64,000 bases of DNA from Lama guanicoe (taxonomy: Eukaryota). Where the stretch lies: positions 1,627,003-1,691,002 of the forward strand of contig MU053559.1 of NCBI GenBank assembly GCA_013239625.1, written 5' to 3'. Positions 38,740 through 53,289 of this stretch are shown one piece after another (position 1 is the first letter of the stretch; each line of letters opens with the position of its first letter). Both the position numbers and the translations under genes were made by a program. The notes beneath the pieces are model-generated. The model did not search any database, had not been told where the DNA came from, and saw nothing but the letters and a program-made list of their open reading frames with translations.

Positions 38740-39005
38740 GGTTCTTTCTAAAATTGTAACCTTCCACCCCGCACAACTCTCCTTAACCCTCTCTCTGCAA
38801 TATTTTTTTGCCATAGTACTTAACCACGTTCTTTACTTACATAATTTATTTATTTTGTTTCTTGTGTTTCTCCCCCTGCTAGGTTGTAAAGTTCCATGAA
38901 AGCAGGGATTTCTGTTTGTTTTGTTCACTGATCTATACCCCCAAAGACTAGAACAGTCCATGGGACATAGTAGAAGCTCAAAAAAATATTTGTTGAATGA
39001 ATGTG
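38740..39005. mobile_element. L2 3' end
   Basis: 'gttccatgaaagcagggatttctgtttgttttgttcactg...tagtagaagctcaaaaaaatatttgttgaatgaatg'. Confidence 0.75.
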
Positions 39006-42000
39006 TGGTCTGTAAATGTGAAGGCAATGATGAAACCCATCAGGTCAGACTGAGGGAAGGAGGTCCTTGTAGAGCATAGTAGGAAATGAGATGCATGGGG
39101 CACATTCATTATGGCCAGATTATGGAGAGTAGCTTGTGTTGAGGGGAGGTTTCGTGGTTCAATAAAATAGACGGTACATTACTTATAAAGCTGAGCAAAA
39201 ATTTGCCTATAATTCGCTTGTCATCTGGGAGGCATCAGGAAATAGAAAGGACTCTGGCTTTGGAATTGAAATATATGTTTGAATCCTAGCTTTATAGTTT
39301 TTGTGACTAGACAAGCTGTGTGACCTTAGGTGAATTATTTACTCTTGAAGATCTAGTTTTCTTAACTGAGAAGTAGTGTTAATAATCCCTACCTCATAAA
39401 GTTATGGTGAAAATTAAGAGGTAATGTTGTAAGTAAAACCCTTAGTACAAAGTGGGTATTCATTAGGTATTTCTTATCTTGCACTGATTGATTTGAAACT
39501 ATTATCTCTTAACATATGAAAGCATACCTTTTCTATTTGAGGCAAATTATTAAGAGTAATGGGAAGAAGCAAACAACATTGGGGTAGTGTATTGTAACTG
39601 TGGTATAGAAATACGAGCAAAAATGAAAAGGAAGATACTATATTTGTGTGTTTTTACAATCATGGGAAAAAAACCCAGACAGAAATAACCAGTATCTTTT
39701 CACTTCTCCAAAACGGTTTGAAATCTTGAGCAAATTGCAGGAGACAGGAAAATCCCCTAATTATACCAGAGTCACTAACAGTATGATCTCCAAAAGAACC
39801 AAACCATAGGGAAGCCACCCAGTTCTGGGGGGAGAACTGGAGTGGCCAGGTCCTCGTGGATGTCCCCTTCCAGGCAGGAATCTCATGTTGAACCTGGGTT
39901 ACTACCATGACCCTCTGTGGAGAAAATTTTAATATTAAGTCTTCTGTTTGTTAAGGGTCAACCAAAGAAACATTCTCCTGGAGAAGCCTTGTGCATTTTC
40001 TACATAACTGGTTGTTAAAGACATTATCCTTTCTTGCTATTTGAGCCTTGGATAGGGGCTCTTGTGACAAATTTGTTTTAGAATTTGGATTAAGCAAACA
40101 TTTACTTCACTTAACTGGTTTATTTCCTTTTATCAGATGATGCAAATCAAAGGGAACATAAGTTTCCTTTTTGTTTCAGTTCTCAAGAAACCCAGAAACC
40201 ATACGATGCTTGACCACAGTAACAGAAAGATGATATATTTCATTCCTTCTTTTATATACAGTGTAGTTAATAGTATCAGTTTCAATTTTATTTGTCTTGC
40301 TGCAGGATGCCTTAAAGGCTTTATGGAACAACCAGACTGTACTTGAAACTGATCCCCATATAGTTTAGCATTTAACTAATTTAACATCCAAACACTTTCT
40401 AATTTGTGTGTTTAAAAGACTCAGGTGTCTAGCCTCGTTTAATAAATGTCATGTATTCATTCATACACCACATTTAGAATTTAGATCCTAAATGCTAAAG
40501 CAGATCTGTCACATGAGCCTTTATAAGGTGCACAGCATACAACTGAACAGCAATGAACGTACACGAACTTGTATGTTTCGAACATGGGTAACTCTCAGAA
40601 ATGTAATATTGGATGAAAGAAGGGAGAAGCAACAGAATCCATCCAAAAAATGCTACTTGTCCCCCAGGATCTGCCTTCTGTTTCTTCATAGTGAATGGCT
40701 TCCCAGAAATAAGACTTTCTTTTCTAGCCTCTCCTGCAGCCAGGTGTGACCACATGACCAAGTCCTGGCCTGTGGGGTGTGAGTGGAAGTAGTGTGTGCA
40801 GTTCAAAGGCTGTCCCCGAAAAAAGAAAAGGGAGAGCCTTCCCTTGTCCTGTTCTCGTTTCTCTCTCTCTGATGGTGAGGGCTGCACCCCATGGAAGATA
40901 GACCATAAGACAGGGGAGCCACCATTTCACCCCAGGAATATTTATGCTCTGGCTCTTAGGTGAGAGAAAAATAAACTCCTGCCTCAAGAGAGCCACTATT
41001 ATTGTCATCTTTGTTCCAGCAGCTGAAAGTGTTTCCCAATTCTATAGGAGACTATATAAAAGAAGCAAAAGAATATTATGTATTTATGGATATTTCATAA
41101 ACCTCAGACTGGATATAAACTAAGATGAGTGATGGTTGTCTTGGCATCAGAAGGGAGAGAATGGGACTCGGTCGGGGGAGGGGAGACGGCAGCTGCTTTC
41201 TGTGTACACTGAGCCGTAAGGGTTCTCTCTCTGTGTGCACTGCTCAGTCAGCCACGTCGGAGCAGGACAGTTAATTCAGTAATGAAGGATGAAGCGTCTG
41301 TGTGTTTGAGATTTCTGTGATTGCTTTATGCCAAGCTGTTTTCCAGTGGCTTGTAACGGCGACTTTGACCCCTGTGTGAAGTGACTGGATCAGCAGAAAA
41401 TAATGGTATTATCCCATCCCCATGAACACAGACATGGAGCACACAGCCATCACTGTCATTAGAGGGGCGACCGGCGAAATAGAACTGGGAAAACAGGCGC
41501 TTTTGCAGTTTGATGCCAAGTAGCATGTACCTTGGCCCAGACTCTAGACAGTGATGTTGCCTGCTCAAAAGCTGAAATTGTCAGCAACCTGAGTGACTGT
41601 ATCTCTCGGGGCCAGGCTTGTGTTAGTTGGGCTCAGAGAAGCCTGCACCTAAATCAGAGTGCCAGTTTATTTATTTACGATAAGGGACTTGACTGTTCAG
41701 CAGAGCGGAATGTACGTTCGGGCAAAGCAAGCGTTTTTTCTGTGTAGACAAGCAGCAGAGGACCCTGGGCTGTTGGCAGAAGGTTGCTTGGGACAGAATA
41801 AGAACAGAGGCAATTGGTCACGATATGCTTACAGATAGACTGGAAGAGTGTGCCAAGCCCACCTCCTTGGTAGGGATCGCCTTGTCCCCTCCCCCTGCTG
41901 GTCCAGGGCAGGCACTGTGTCCTTTCTGTCTGCCGGTGGTTGCCTGGATGCTCTCACCATCTGACTTTGGGAGGTTTGCCTTTCTTCCTCTTTTTTTTTT

Positions 42001-42529
42001 TCCCCCACAGTGTTTTTCCAAACTGGCTACCACACGATGGACTGGATTTCCTCCAAATGAATCTCAGGTGCATCCCAGGTGTGGCCCCTTGTGGTCTGGG
42101 GATTCCCAGGCTCTTCGGGGCATAAGAACAGCTCATCTCCTGCTTTCCTCCCACAGTCTGCCGGTCACGTCCAACATTTGGCAACTTTGCTGGCTAACCC
42201 TGAGGAAAGCTTTCATTCTCTTACCTTTAAATCCATGGGGCCCCTCACTTCTGCTCCCCTATTCCAGGTACATTTCGCAATGCATTTAGTCATATTTTTG
42301 AATGAGGTTCTTCCTTTCCTACAGGCCAGTCCTCTGTCTGTCTCACTGTCCCTGCCTTCAGTCTGTTTGCCTAAGTGTGGAGGTGCCCAAGGGCCAGGCC
42401 TTGTTCTGATAACTTTCTTTCACTCTCTGATCTGTGGCTTCAGATAGCATTTTTGCATAGCTGCCTTGCAGGTCCTAGTATTCAGTCCTGTGTGTAATTC
42501 CTACAGTATAGTCCTGAAACTCACCCCTT

Positions 42530-42634
42530 TTAATTTTTTTAATTTTTAATTTTTTTAGGGGAGGTCCTGGGGATTGAACACAGGACCTCCTGCATGCTAA
42601 GCATGCACTCTACCACTTTGAGCTATACCCTCAC
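42530..42634 (-). mobile_element. tRNA-derived SINE (camelid Vic-type)
   Basis: Perfect 17-bp TSD CCTGAAACTCACCCCTT (42513-42529 and 42635-42651); SINE head on the minus strand. Confidence 0.9.
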
Positions 42635-42779
42635 CCTGAAACTCACCCCTTAAAATTTTTTTTTGGTAAGATAATGTATATCATGGTACAAAATTTAAAA
42701 TTTCCAAGAGAAAACAACTGAAAAATAGTACCCGCCCACCCTTGTCACTGGACAGAAATTTATCCCATTCTCTTCCTTG

Positions 42780-43745
42780 GAGGTAAAGCGCTCTTATCAT
42801 TTGGGCCATTTCCCCCTGAACGCGCCAGGCTCTGAAATCAGTGTATGTGATGACAGTGTCGACACCTCCGTTTTTAATACCAGCTTTCCACTGGACGGTC
42901 TCACTTCTGTAAATGCTATCCACATCTTTCCAACCACCTAAGCTCAAAGCCTTGGTGTTTTCTTTTACTTCTCTCATCCTTTTGCCTCCTTCATATCTTC
43001 CTAATCGCCGTGGTCCATCGACTTTACTCTTCACGCTGTATTTTGCAGCAGACCTTTCTGTTACACTCGACGGCCATCAGCACCCCACTACACAGTGAGG
43101 TGGCCTCCCTTCCACGCGATATTCAACCTCCTTGTGATTCTTCTGAGCACCATGAGCTGGAGTCTCTCTCCACCGATCTCTCTTTCTTTTTTTTTTCTTT
43201 TCTACAATTTGCCTGAATTGGATTGTGGACCCTCAGAGGGCAGGAATCATCGTGAACTACTCCTGGTGTCCCCCCTTTAGTGCTTTACACGGTCTTACAC
43301 ACGGCATGGGCTCTCGGTTACATTTGTCAAATGCTGAGATGAACACTGTCTTTTGTTAAAGTAGTTAAGAAGTGGGCACTTGGGTTTTAAAAACATGGGA
43401 AAAAATCATTGACAGAGTATATAATGGCAAGAAGGTGAGCAGATAACCTGCCGTATTCATGATGTTTTATCACCCCTGCTTTTCATTCCAGCTTTCTCTT
43501 CCCTTGCTCTGTACTATCGCATCGCTGTTACCCAGGGCCTCCCGTACCACCACGTGCCTTCTTCCTGCCTTTATTTCTACTTTAGTACTTACGGTGTACA
43601 ATTTACCATATTTTCTTGTTTTGAAAACATTCTTTCCCCTGGTAGAATGTAAGCCTGATGAGGGCAGGACTCTTGTGACTCTTGTTGACTGCAGTACTCC
43701 CAGGGCCCGGGAGTAAGCTGCTCAATAAATATTTGTCAAGTGTAT
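42780..43745. mobile_element. L2 fragments
   Basis: L2 3' motifs 'gaatgtaagcctgatgagggcagg...ctcaataaatatttg'; degenerate. Confidence 0.55.
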
Positions 43746-45127
43746 AACCTGGAGGGGTACCAGTTGTGTGTGTTGTCATTCAGTTGATCCCGGCCATCAA
43801 TCCTAGATTTCACTCTGTTCTATTCAGTGTTACTTAGTATCAGTGCTTTGAGGCCAGGGAGACATTTTTCACCTCTCTGCAGGCAAAAGCTATAGTTTGG
43901 GGCTGAGTGACTGAGAGGCATGTGGAAAGAAGAAATAGACAATGTAGTTGATGGTCCCGGAAAAAGATATCTTGGGCTCTGCTCTCCATTGGCTGGCATA
44001 TTCTCCAAACACTCCACACTTGCATTTCGCTAACCTGTTTTGAGTACTTTTAATAAAGGTGGCTCATATGCCTGTTTGGTACTTTTACCATAGAGTATGT
44101 CCTTTTTCGTGGCTTAATTTCTCCCCTGTTGATGGTGAATATCTGGATTCCTTTGCTTGGGGGCTGTCACTCTGATATTTAGGAGGACAGTTGATTGGGT
44201 TTGAGTTTGAGCCTTAAAGAGATCATTTGGTCCTACAGAGAAAAATTCTGTTTTGTGGCCACATTTTGCCCATCCAGTCAGCCAGCTGCTGTGAATATGT
44301 GAGCCTTGCGTCCCATCTCTTGTGGGGGCAGTCATGGGGCCTTGGCATGAATACAGAACTGGGGGGATGCTGGCCAAATAGAGATACTGGCTTTCCAGTA
44401 AAGACTGCCTCGCCACCCCGCCTCAGGAGGTCCCTTACTGTGACCGTGGGTGTCAGATATGAATTGGCTGTGCCACCTCACTAGTCAGACGATTAGCTCT
44501 AAAATGGGCTTCGTGTCCTTTGAGAGAACTAGATTCATCAAGACAGTACCAGCAAAACCTTCAGGACTTTATAAACACAAAGACATCAACAGAGTGTGCT
44601 TTCTTTGCTCAGGAGTGGAGGCTTTTGTCCCAGAGATGGCGAGGAGCTATTGGAAGACTCGAAGCTCAGCAGAGATGTTGATTTTAGAATTGCGCTCCTT
44701 GCAGCGGTTTTGAGGTGAACTGCCGAGGAGCATGAGATGGGTGCAGGGAGGCTGGGAGGTTGTCAAAAAACCAGTTAGTGTGAGAAGAATTGTTGCAGCC
44801 TGTGCAGAACGAGATGACTGCTTTGTGAATGAAGGAGACGAGGATGACTTGCAGGTGTCTGGTCTCGCAGGGACAGGGAATGGGACGACAAGCAATGTTT
44901 ATAGGGAGGAGGGAGACCTGCTGAGTTATAGATGTTAAGGAGATGTCAGCAGAAATTTGGATGTAAGGTTCTCGAGCACGGGGGAGAAGATTCTCTTGGA
45001 ACAGCCATTACTAGAATCACTGCTGTAAAGCTTCATGGTGGATGAATGACTTAAAATTTTTTATTGTGGAAATTTTCAAAAATGTCGACACACAAATGTC
45101 GACAAGAAATCACAGTATGACAAAAAT

Positions 45128-45915
45128 TATGATATTATGATTTATAATGAGAAATATATATTTGGTCTCTTTATTTCTGGTACTAAGCTCCTGAAAGGCT
45201 TGGAATTTCCCAAGTAATAAGAGCTAGAAACGGCATCTTGATATTCATAACAAACCCCTTTCAACCACACCTGAGTACATGTTAATGAGGTGACTTCTGG
45301 AAAGCACCTTAGGATGGGGGCTGGTTGCCAAGGAAACCAACTATGTGATTAGAGCCTTGGGACTTTCAGTCTCACCCCACACCCTCTACCCGACCTCTGG
45401 GGAGGGGGAGAGGGGCTGGAGACTGAGTTCAATCACCAATGGCCAATGATTTAGTCAATCACATTTATGTGATGAAGCCTCCACAAAAACCGAAAAGGAT
45501 GGGTTGGTGAACACGTGGAGATGCTGAGAGGGTGTTGTGCTCAGGGCATGGAAGCTCTGCAGCCTTTCCCACATACCTTGCCCTAAGTATCCCTTCCATG
45601 AGGCTATTCCTGAGTTATATCCTTTTATAATAAACCAGTAATTTTGTAAGTAAAATGTTTCTCTGAGTTCTGTGAGTCATTCTAGCAAATTAATCAAACC
45701 CAAAGAGGATGTTGTGGGGACTCCTGATCTATAGCCATTTGGTTAGAAGCGCGAGTGACAACCTGGACTTGTGACTGACATCTGAAGGGTGGGGGGCGGT
45801 CTCACGGGATGGAACTCTCAACCTGTGGGACCTGATACTGTCTCTAGGTAGATAGTGTCAGAATTGAGTTGAGTTGTAGGACACCAAGCTGGTACTGGAG
45901 AACTGCTTGGTGGTG
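45128..45915 (+). mobile_element. MER21-like LTR
   Basis: Recalled MER21 motifs 'tgatattatgatttataat', 'ggggctggttgccaaggaaaccaac' and 'ggtagatagtgtcagaattgagttg'. Confidence 0.7.
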
Positions 45916-47106
45916 TGTAAAACACACGCATGCACAGAAGTGTAATAAACCAAACCCCATGTACCCATTACCCAGCATTGTAAATTACCACTCATGGTCA
46001 ATCGCGTTTCATCTCTGCCCCCTACAGCTACCCCTCCCCACGTCATTGACATAAAATTCCAAATTTCAATTGTAAACATTTCAGTATCCATCTCCAAAAG
46101 ATAAGGAATCTATTAAAAATATAGCTACAATTCATGATCACCCCTCAAAAATGACAGTAATTTCATAATATTTGCCAAGAGTCCAGTGAGTTCACATTTC
46201 CCCAGTTGACTTTTTTTTTCAGTTTGATTTAAGATGCACAAAAGGTCCCTACAATGCATTTGGTTCACACGTCTCTATAGCTCACACATCTGTTTTAATC
46301 TGTAGTTTTGGGGGGGTGACTTTTCAGAGCATTCTGGGTCCTGTTTGTGTGAACCCAAATTATAACCCGTGTCTGAACAAAAGTAAGAGGTAGAGGAATA
46401 TGGACTAATGTAAGGATCTTCTTAATTGAAGGAATGATGTTGATTTTTTTCCCCCGGGAGGGATGATGTTTTTTTAGGAAAGCCTGATGAAGTTCTTGTC
46501 CTTGTAGCCTCTCTCTCTGGCAGTTAATTCACCGGGCTGCTGCTACGGGATCTTCCCAAAGTTAGGCCTGATCCTGCTCCTTCTTAGCCCAGAAGTCTCT
46601 GGGGCCTTGTTTCCTGTGGGATAACGTCTGCCCTTGTGAGCTCAGCTTGAGGAAAGGGCTCTCCTGACTCCTTGACACTCAGCCTCCACCCTCCCCTTCT
46701 CCCCAGCCTTGCTGCTCCATCACTGTTCACCTTCCCGCCCCATGCTCAGGCCTTTCTCTGCAGTACGGCTCACACCCCCTCTTCTTTCCTCAGTAAGAAG
46801 TCTGACTCATCTTGAAAGGCCCAGCTGAGAAGTCACCTTTTCTGGGACGTTGTCCTCAACTACTTTTTTATCTGAAAGAATTATTCATTCCGTTCCTCGC
46901 GATGCCACCTTTTTGTCATGCCTCTGTTTTGTGGTGCTTTTTACAGTTTGACTTCATTGTTAATTAAGTGTTCTATGGGGCAGTCAGGGGTGTGTATCGG
47001 GGGGGGGGTGCTGGGGAGCTATTGCGGGCAGCTGCTGTGTCCTGGCCAGCTCACCATCTCCTCAGCGCACAGCTCCTGAGCCACCCCCCCAACCCCCACC
47101 ATTGGA

Positions 47107-47241
47107 TTTTTCTTTTGTTTTGTTTTGTGGGGGTGGTGGGGAGGTTTATTGATTTATTTATTTAATGAAGGTACCAGGGATTGAACCCAGGATTTCGTGC
47201 ATGCTAAGCATACACTCTACCACTGAGCTATACCCTCCCCC
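47107..47241 (-). mobile_element. tRNA-derived SINE (camelid Vic-type)
   Basis: gggattgaacccagg...tgcatgctaagcatacactctaccactgagctataccctcccc. Confidence 0.88.
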
Positions 47242-48792
47242 TCAGAACCCTCCCCTCTTGGAATGCAGAGCGTATCTGTTTGGTACCAACTCTTAGAAGG
47301 ATGAACAACAGATTTTCCATTAGAGCTTCTCCGCTTTGTATTTTGTTTGAAAATAATTTTATCACGTAGGGTGTTAAAGATGATAGCGTTTTGAGCTGGA
47401 CTGAACTGAAACCAGTGAGTAATTACATTTCATTCCGCCCTCATGAACAGAAAGGATTTTGTTGGCTATATGGTGTGAAGTGTTTCTTGTTGTGTCCTTA
47501 ATGTTGACTCTGGTGGTTGACTTTGGACACTGCCCAGACACCAATTTCATGACTCAAGAAACTGCAACAAAAATAACAAACCTCTAATCTTTCCAGATAC
47601 TGTTTTGTTGCCTGCCAAAACCCAGGCATAAATTGCAGAGGAAAAAGGCGTTCTCTTCATAATTTAGGGAACTGATTCTTCCATAGGTATATAATCGGTT
47701 CATATTATTTGTACTCAAATTATAGTTTTTGATTTTCATTATTTCATTCTTTCAGCTAATATTTATTGAGTGATAACCATGTTCCACACTTTGTGAGGGG
47801 GCCACAATTTATTTAGCCAGGACTCTTGGAAGGAGACCTTCAAGCTTTTTATAATAATGTGTTGCTCTCCATTCCAGGAAGTAGATGGAATATATGAGCT
47901 GCAGCCACAAGATGCAGAGCCGAGGGTTATAAATACGATTTTCAACTTTTAGTCCAGATTCTGTTCACAAACAAAAAGTCAGGCGTATTTGGTAAGGAAC
48001 CAAATAGAATTTTAAGAAATTAAAAATAGCAATTGAAACTATAATCCCAGTTGATAAGGTAGAGAACTGAAGATGGAATTGGCAAACCAGACGACGTATC
48101 TGAAGCATTATCCAGGAAGGGGGACAGAGAGGCAGAAGGAAAAGATATCCACATGCTGAATAGACAACAGCAGTGAGGCCACGTGAACCGGAGCCACGTG
48201 TCAATACGAGGATGCTTTCAAGCCTATTGTGGGGTGGAAAAAGCAAGTTACAGAATAATTCGTACCATACATAATTGAAACACATGCAAAATTAAACAAC
48301 ATATATCTGCAATTTAAGCTCTAAGGGCATAATAAACACCAAATTGAGGCTAGCGGTTTCCAGGGAGTGGGGTGGAAGTGGTCGGCTTGATTGGGAAGGG
48401 TACAAAGGAGTCCTAGCTCTTTTGGTCATGCATTGTTGATTAAACTGAGTGATAGCCATGCAGGTGACTGGTAGACCATTCTTGTCCTAACAAATTCTTG
48501 TGAAATATAGTAAATATATGAAATGGTATATATATATAACTTATATACAGATAAAAATAGAAGAAATACCTGTATTTACTGTCCAGCGTGAGAAACAGAA
48601 AATTACCAGGACCTTTGAACCCCCTTGTATATTCCTTCCCAATTATATTATTCTTTATCCCTTATGTATCCTATACCTATACTTTTAGGTATCTGATTTA
48701 ATTCATAATAAAAGATTTTAAAAGGATGTCCTATAGTCTTCTTTCAGTTATCTTACTAGTATATGTAATAATCAATTTGAACTGAAATCTTT

Positions 48793-50020
48793 TTTTTTAA
48801 TTTTATTTATTAAAGTATAGTCAGTTATAATGTGTCAATTTCTGGTGTATAGCATAACGTCCCAGTCATGCATATGCATACATATATTCATTTTCATATT
48901 CTTTTTCATTAAGGGTTATTACAAGATATTGAATATAATTCTCTGTGCTAGACAGGAGAATTTTTTAATCTATTTTTAATCTATTTTTATATATACTGGT
49001 TAACATTTGCAAATCTCAAACTCCCAAATTTATCCCTTCCCATCCCCTTTCCCCTGGTAACCATAAGATTGTTTACTGTCTCTATGAGTCTGTTTCTGTT
49101 TTGTAGATGAGTTCGTTAGTGTCCTCTTTTCTCTTTTTCTTTTTTCTTTTTTTTTAGATTCCATATATGCGTGATATATGGTATTTTTCTTTCTCTTTCT
49201 GGCTTACTTCACTTAGAATGACAGTCTCCAGATCCAGCCATGTTGCTGCAAATGGCATTATTTTATTCTCTTTTATTACTGAGTAGTATTCCATTGTATA
49301 AATAAATACACCACAGCTTCTTCATCCAATCATCTGTTGATGGACATTTAGGTTGCTTCCATGTCTTGGTTATTGTAAATAGTGCTGTTATGAACATTGG
49401 GGTGCATGCATCTTTTTGAATTAAGGTTCCCTCTGGATGTATGTCCAGGAGTGGGATTGCTGGATCATATGGTAAGTCTATTTTTCATTTTTAGAGGAAT
49501 CCCCATACTGTTTTCCACAGTGGCTGCACCAAACTACATTCCCACCAACAGTGAAGGAGGGTTCCCTTTTCTCCACACCCTCTCCAGCATTTATTGTTTG
49601 TGAACTTTTGAATGATGGCCATTCTGACTGGTGTGAGGTGATACCTCATTGTAGTTTTGATTTGCATTTCTCTGATAATTAGTGATACTGAGCATTTTTT
49701 CATGTACCTATTGGCTATTCACATGTCTTCATTGGAGAATTGCTTGTTAAGGTCTTCTGCCCATTTTTGGGTTGGGTTGTTTGTTTGTTTTTGTTATTAA
49801 GTTGTATGAGCTGTTTATATATTCTGGAAATTAAACTTTCGTCAGTCACATCATTAGCAAATGTTTTCTCCCATTCTGTAGGTTGTCATTTTGTTTTACT
49901 AATGATTTCTTTTGCTGTGCAAAAGCTTGTAAGTTTAATTAGGTCCCATTTGTTTATTTTTGTTTTTATTTCTATTGCCTGGGTAGACTGCCCTAGGAGA
50001 ACATTGCTAAGATAAATGTA
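48793..50020 (-). mobile_element. Young 5'-truncated LINE-1
   Basis: 15-bp TSD with one mismatch, TGAACT(G/T)AAATCTTT (48778-48792 and 50021-50035); ORF 49491..49703 is the L1 ORF2 C-terminus. Confidence 0.9.
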
Positions 50021-50524
50021 TGAACTTAAATCTTTGTCCCCCTTTTTTGCATAGTTGTATTGACCAGCTAAATAAAAAAGTATATTTTGTGTGCCATGAG
50101 TAAATTTCTAAACACAATATATTTTCAACATCTTCCCAAGGATATGATGTTTTAAAAGCATTAATGAAAATTAAACTTGGGTCTCACCCTATCAGGTTTG
50201 ATTGGGGAGAACAGACGTATGGTAATTGCTTGGTTAGTGCCATAGGATAATACTTTCTACAGAAGTGGGACTTCATGCCAGGAAGTCAATATGGTGAAAG
50301 TCTCCTTTGGAACATTAAGAAAACTCATTGTGATGGTGGTATGGGAAAAGGAAAAACAAAAATGCAAGAAGCATCTCTGGAGTAGGGTTTTGGAACCTTG
50401 TGTTGCAGCAGTGGGATCTTAACTTCTAATCTGTAAAAGACATGTTGAGAGGTGGGATGTGAATTGGCTGTAGAGATATTGCTGATGGTCCAGAGAAGCC
50501 ACCTGCAGTTCCTCAAAAAGGTGG

Positions 50525-50913
50525 TGTATTAGTCAGGTTGGGCTGCCATCACCAAATACCACAGGCTGGGTGGTTTAAATACAGAAATGGATTTTCTCAC
50601 AATCCTGGACACTGGAAGTCTGAGATCAGGTGCCAGCAGGGTTGAGTTCTGGTGAGGCCTTTCTTCCTAGCTTGTGGATAAGCCACCTTTTCACTGTGTG
50701 CTCACATGGCCTTTCCTCTGTGCATGTGCACACAGAGAGAAATCTCTCTTCATTTTCCTATAAGGCCACTAATTCTGTTGGACTAAGACCTCACCCTTAT
50801 GACCTCATCTAACCCTAATTACCTCCTAAAAGCCTGATCTCCAAATAAAAGTCACTTTGAGGAGTTAGGGCTCCAACATATGGAGTTTGAGAAGACACAG
50901 TCAGTCTATTGCA
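50525..50913 (-). mobile_element. MaLR MLT1A-type LTR
   Basis: 'tgtattagtcaggttgggctgccatcaccaaataccacaggctgggtgg...gacctcatctaaccctaattacctcc'. Confidence 0.8.
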
Positions 50914-53289
50914 GATACTTTATTTTGGTTGATAGTCTTTGAATTCAGGTGAATTCTTAAATAGATTTTTTTCAACTAAAAAAATATACCATCATAAATT
51001 AAAATTGGTAATTACATACAAGCTCTGCTTTGTTCATTTTACCATGTGTTCTCAAAACCCTCCCTTTTCACTTGTGTGTTATCTATATATTTGCATTTAT
51101 TTCAGTTTAAGACTCAAGCATCCCTTAGTTGGGGTAACTAGATCAGCAAATCCAGTTGTTGTTGTGTGTGCCAGGTTCATCGCTCTCTAAGATAACTCTG
51201 ATTAGTGCATTTGTTTCTTTTCAATGTTGCTTAAATTCAGGGCATCTAGGAAGTAGATTTTGTAATATGCCTCATAAAGCCATTGGAAGTTTTTTAACCT
51301 ATGAAAATACTTGAATTTTATTCTTTAATTTGAGCCAAATTATAAAGGCTGATAAAGGTGGGTATCCTTGGATTTAACGGCAGGTAAGAGTTTGAAGAGA
51401 AGTAGTTGTTCCTTAGGGGTCAGAACTAAGACTCTTTTCCTATAACTCAAATGGGATAATTCCTTATTAGCAGATGGCTACTGGCTAATGTCTCCATAGT
51501 CTAGAGTCATTTATTGAGTGGCTGTGGTGGGTCAGATGCAGGGATGGGTGGCGAGTCCTCACTGAGCACTGCCTTCAGGAAAATTAGCCCTGGGGGTGAG
51601 GGACGGGCACTTAAATGGCAGTCACAGTGCAGTGCAGTCATTGTTCTGAGAACACAGTCATTATCAGAGACTATTCTGGAAATGCGTGATGAGCTGGTCC
51701 ACCACATATGGTTGTGTATGCGGTGCCCTGAACAGTTCCAGGGAGCCTCTTTCCTGTTGAAGTCTGTGAGAACGGCCCTGACTGTGGAGAATCCAACCCA
51801 GTCCTGAGATATCAGGAAGGGCTACCCTGCCTGGAAGAAGTGATATCTACATTGTGACTTGGAGGATGAGTAGGAGTTGAGTCGGTGAAGGCCATTAGGG
51901 AGCAGAGAGTGGGAGGACAGTTCCAGGCAGTGGCTCAGAGGAAAGGTTGATTAATTTATTTCAAAGTGTAGCTGATGTTTAGCTGAAAGTCTTGTCCTGG
52001 ACCCTTGAAGAGTGGCAAACACGTCAGGAGAGTGTGTGATAATCTGTTGTAGTAACATTTGTAGTCTAGTCTTTTGGCAGTTGACTTGAATTTGATTAAT
52101 GTGTTTTAATTAAAGGAGAAATACACAAAACAGCAATTAAAATGTGTCAAGTGATGACTCAGCCACAGGTGCACTGTCCTTGATTTTGGGAAATGTCATA
52201 TTATGAGGCAGAAGCAAATAAATATTCATATACCTGATCTAAAATAGAAAACTGATGGTAGGATTTGAAAGGTCCTTAGACCTAATCCAAGAATCCGCTG
52301 GCCTCCCATCAGCTTCTCAAACATATCTATAAATTTTATTTTAAAAGCATTTTAAGGAAAAAATGTTTAAGAATTTCAGTGGTCATCCCATGTTGTTTGG
52401 GGTTTCAGGGGTTGAATTAGTGATGCTCTCTCTGCTATCAAAATTTGGAAACCATTGGGAGCTAAAGGAGCTAGGTGGATGGAGTTTAGAGAACATGGTT
52501 TAGGTGCGTGGCAACAATGATTTCCTGAGGCTGTAGTCCTGGATTAGATGGAAATAATCTCTCCAGGCCCTGGAGATGTTGAGCCAGCAGAGGCCCTGAC
52601 TAGAATGAGGCAAGTGAAATCAGCTTACTCTTGGGTACCATATTGGTCTCCTCTAGTTAGAAGTTCAATCATTGAGCCCAAGTCTGCCTCCTTGGTTCCT
52701 AGTTTTCAATGAAAGACTCTCCCACTCTTCCATTATATATTAGAATGGGCATCTTCATTTTGTAAAGACTGTCAGAAGGCATGTGGTATCTGGTCATCCA
52801 TAGACAAATGCTGTGCAGCACAGCAGTGATGGGAAGATGTTCCTGGTGTCTCAGCCAAGAACTTCATGGGACAATACAGTGACTTTCCCATGTCTAGTTT
52901 TCCAAGTAGATATTTAAGACCTAAAGTCATTTTCTTCCTTTTATTCTTAACGATGACATTCCATATTTGGGGAAACACTTAGAATTGATGGTGTGTTTAA
53001 ATCATATAAATTTGTTCCATGTTGGGTTTGATTAAATCTTTGGAATTTCAGCTGTTGAAGTAGAGGGGTATTGGATTGGAGGTTGAACTCTTGGCTGATG
53101 GGCCCTGATTTTCACTATTTTAGTGTCTCATATACTGATGGAAACAAGACAGAACTTTTGTCTTGAAGAGCTACAGACTCATTTTCTTTCTTTAATTAGA
53201 GTCAGTCTTTATCAGAGCAGCATCACTCCCAGGCCGGCTGATAGGTGATTCACACATTTTCTGTTGTATTGTCAAGAGTTATCAGGTTC

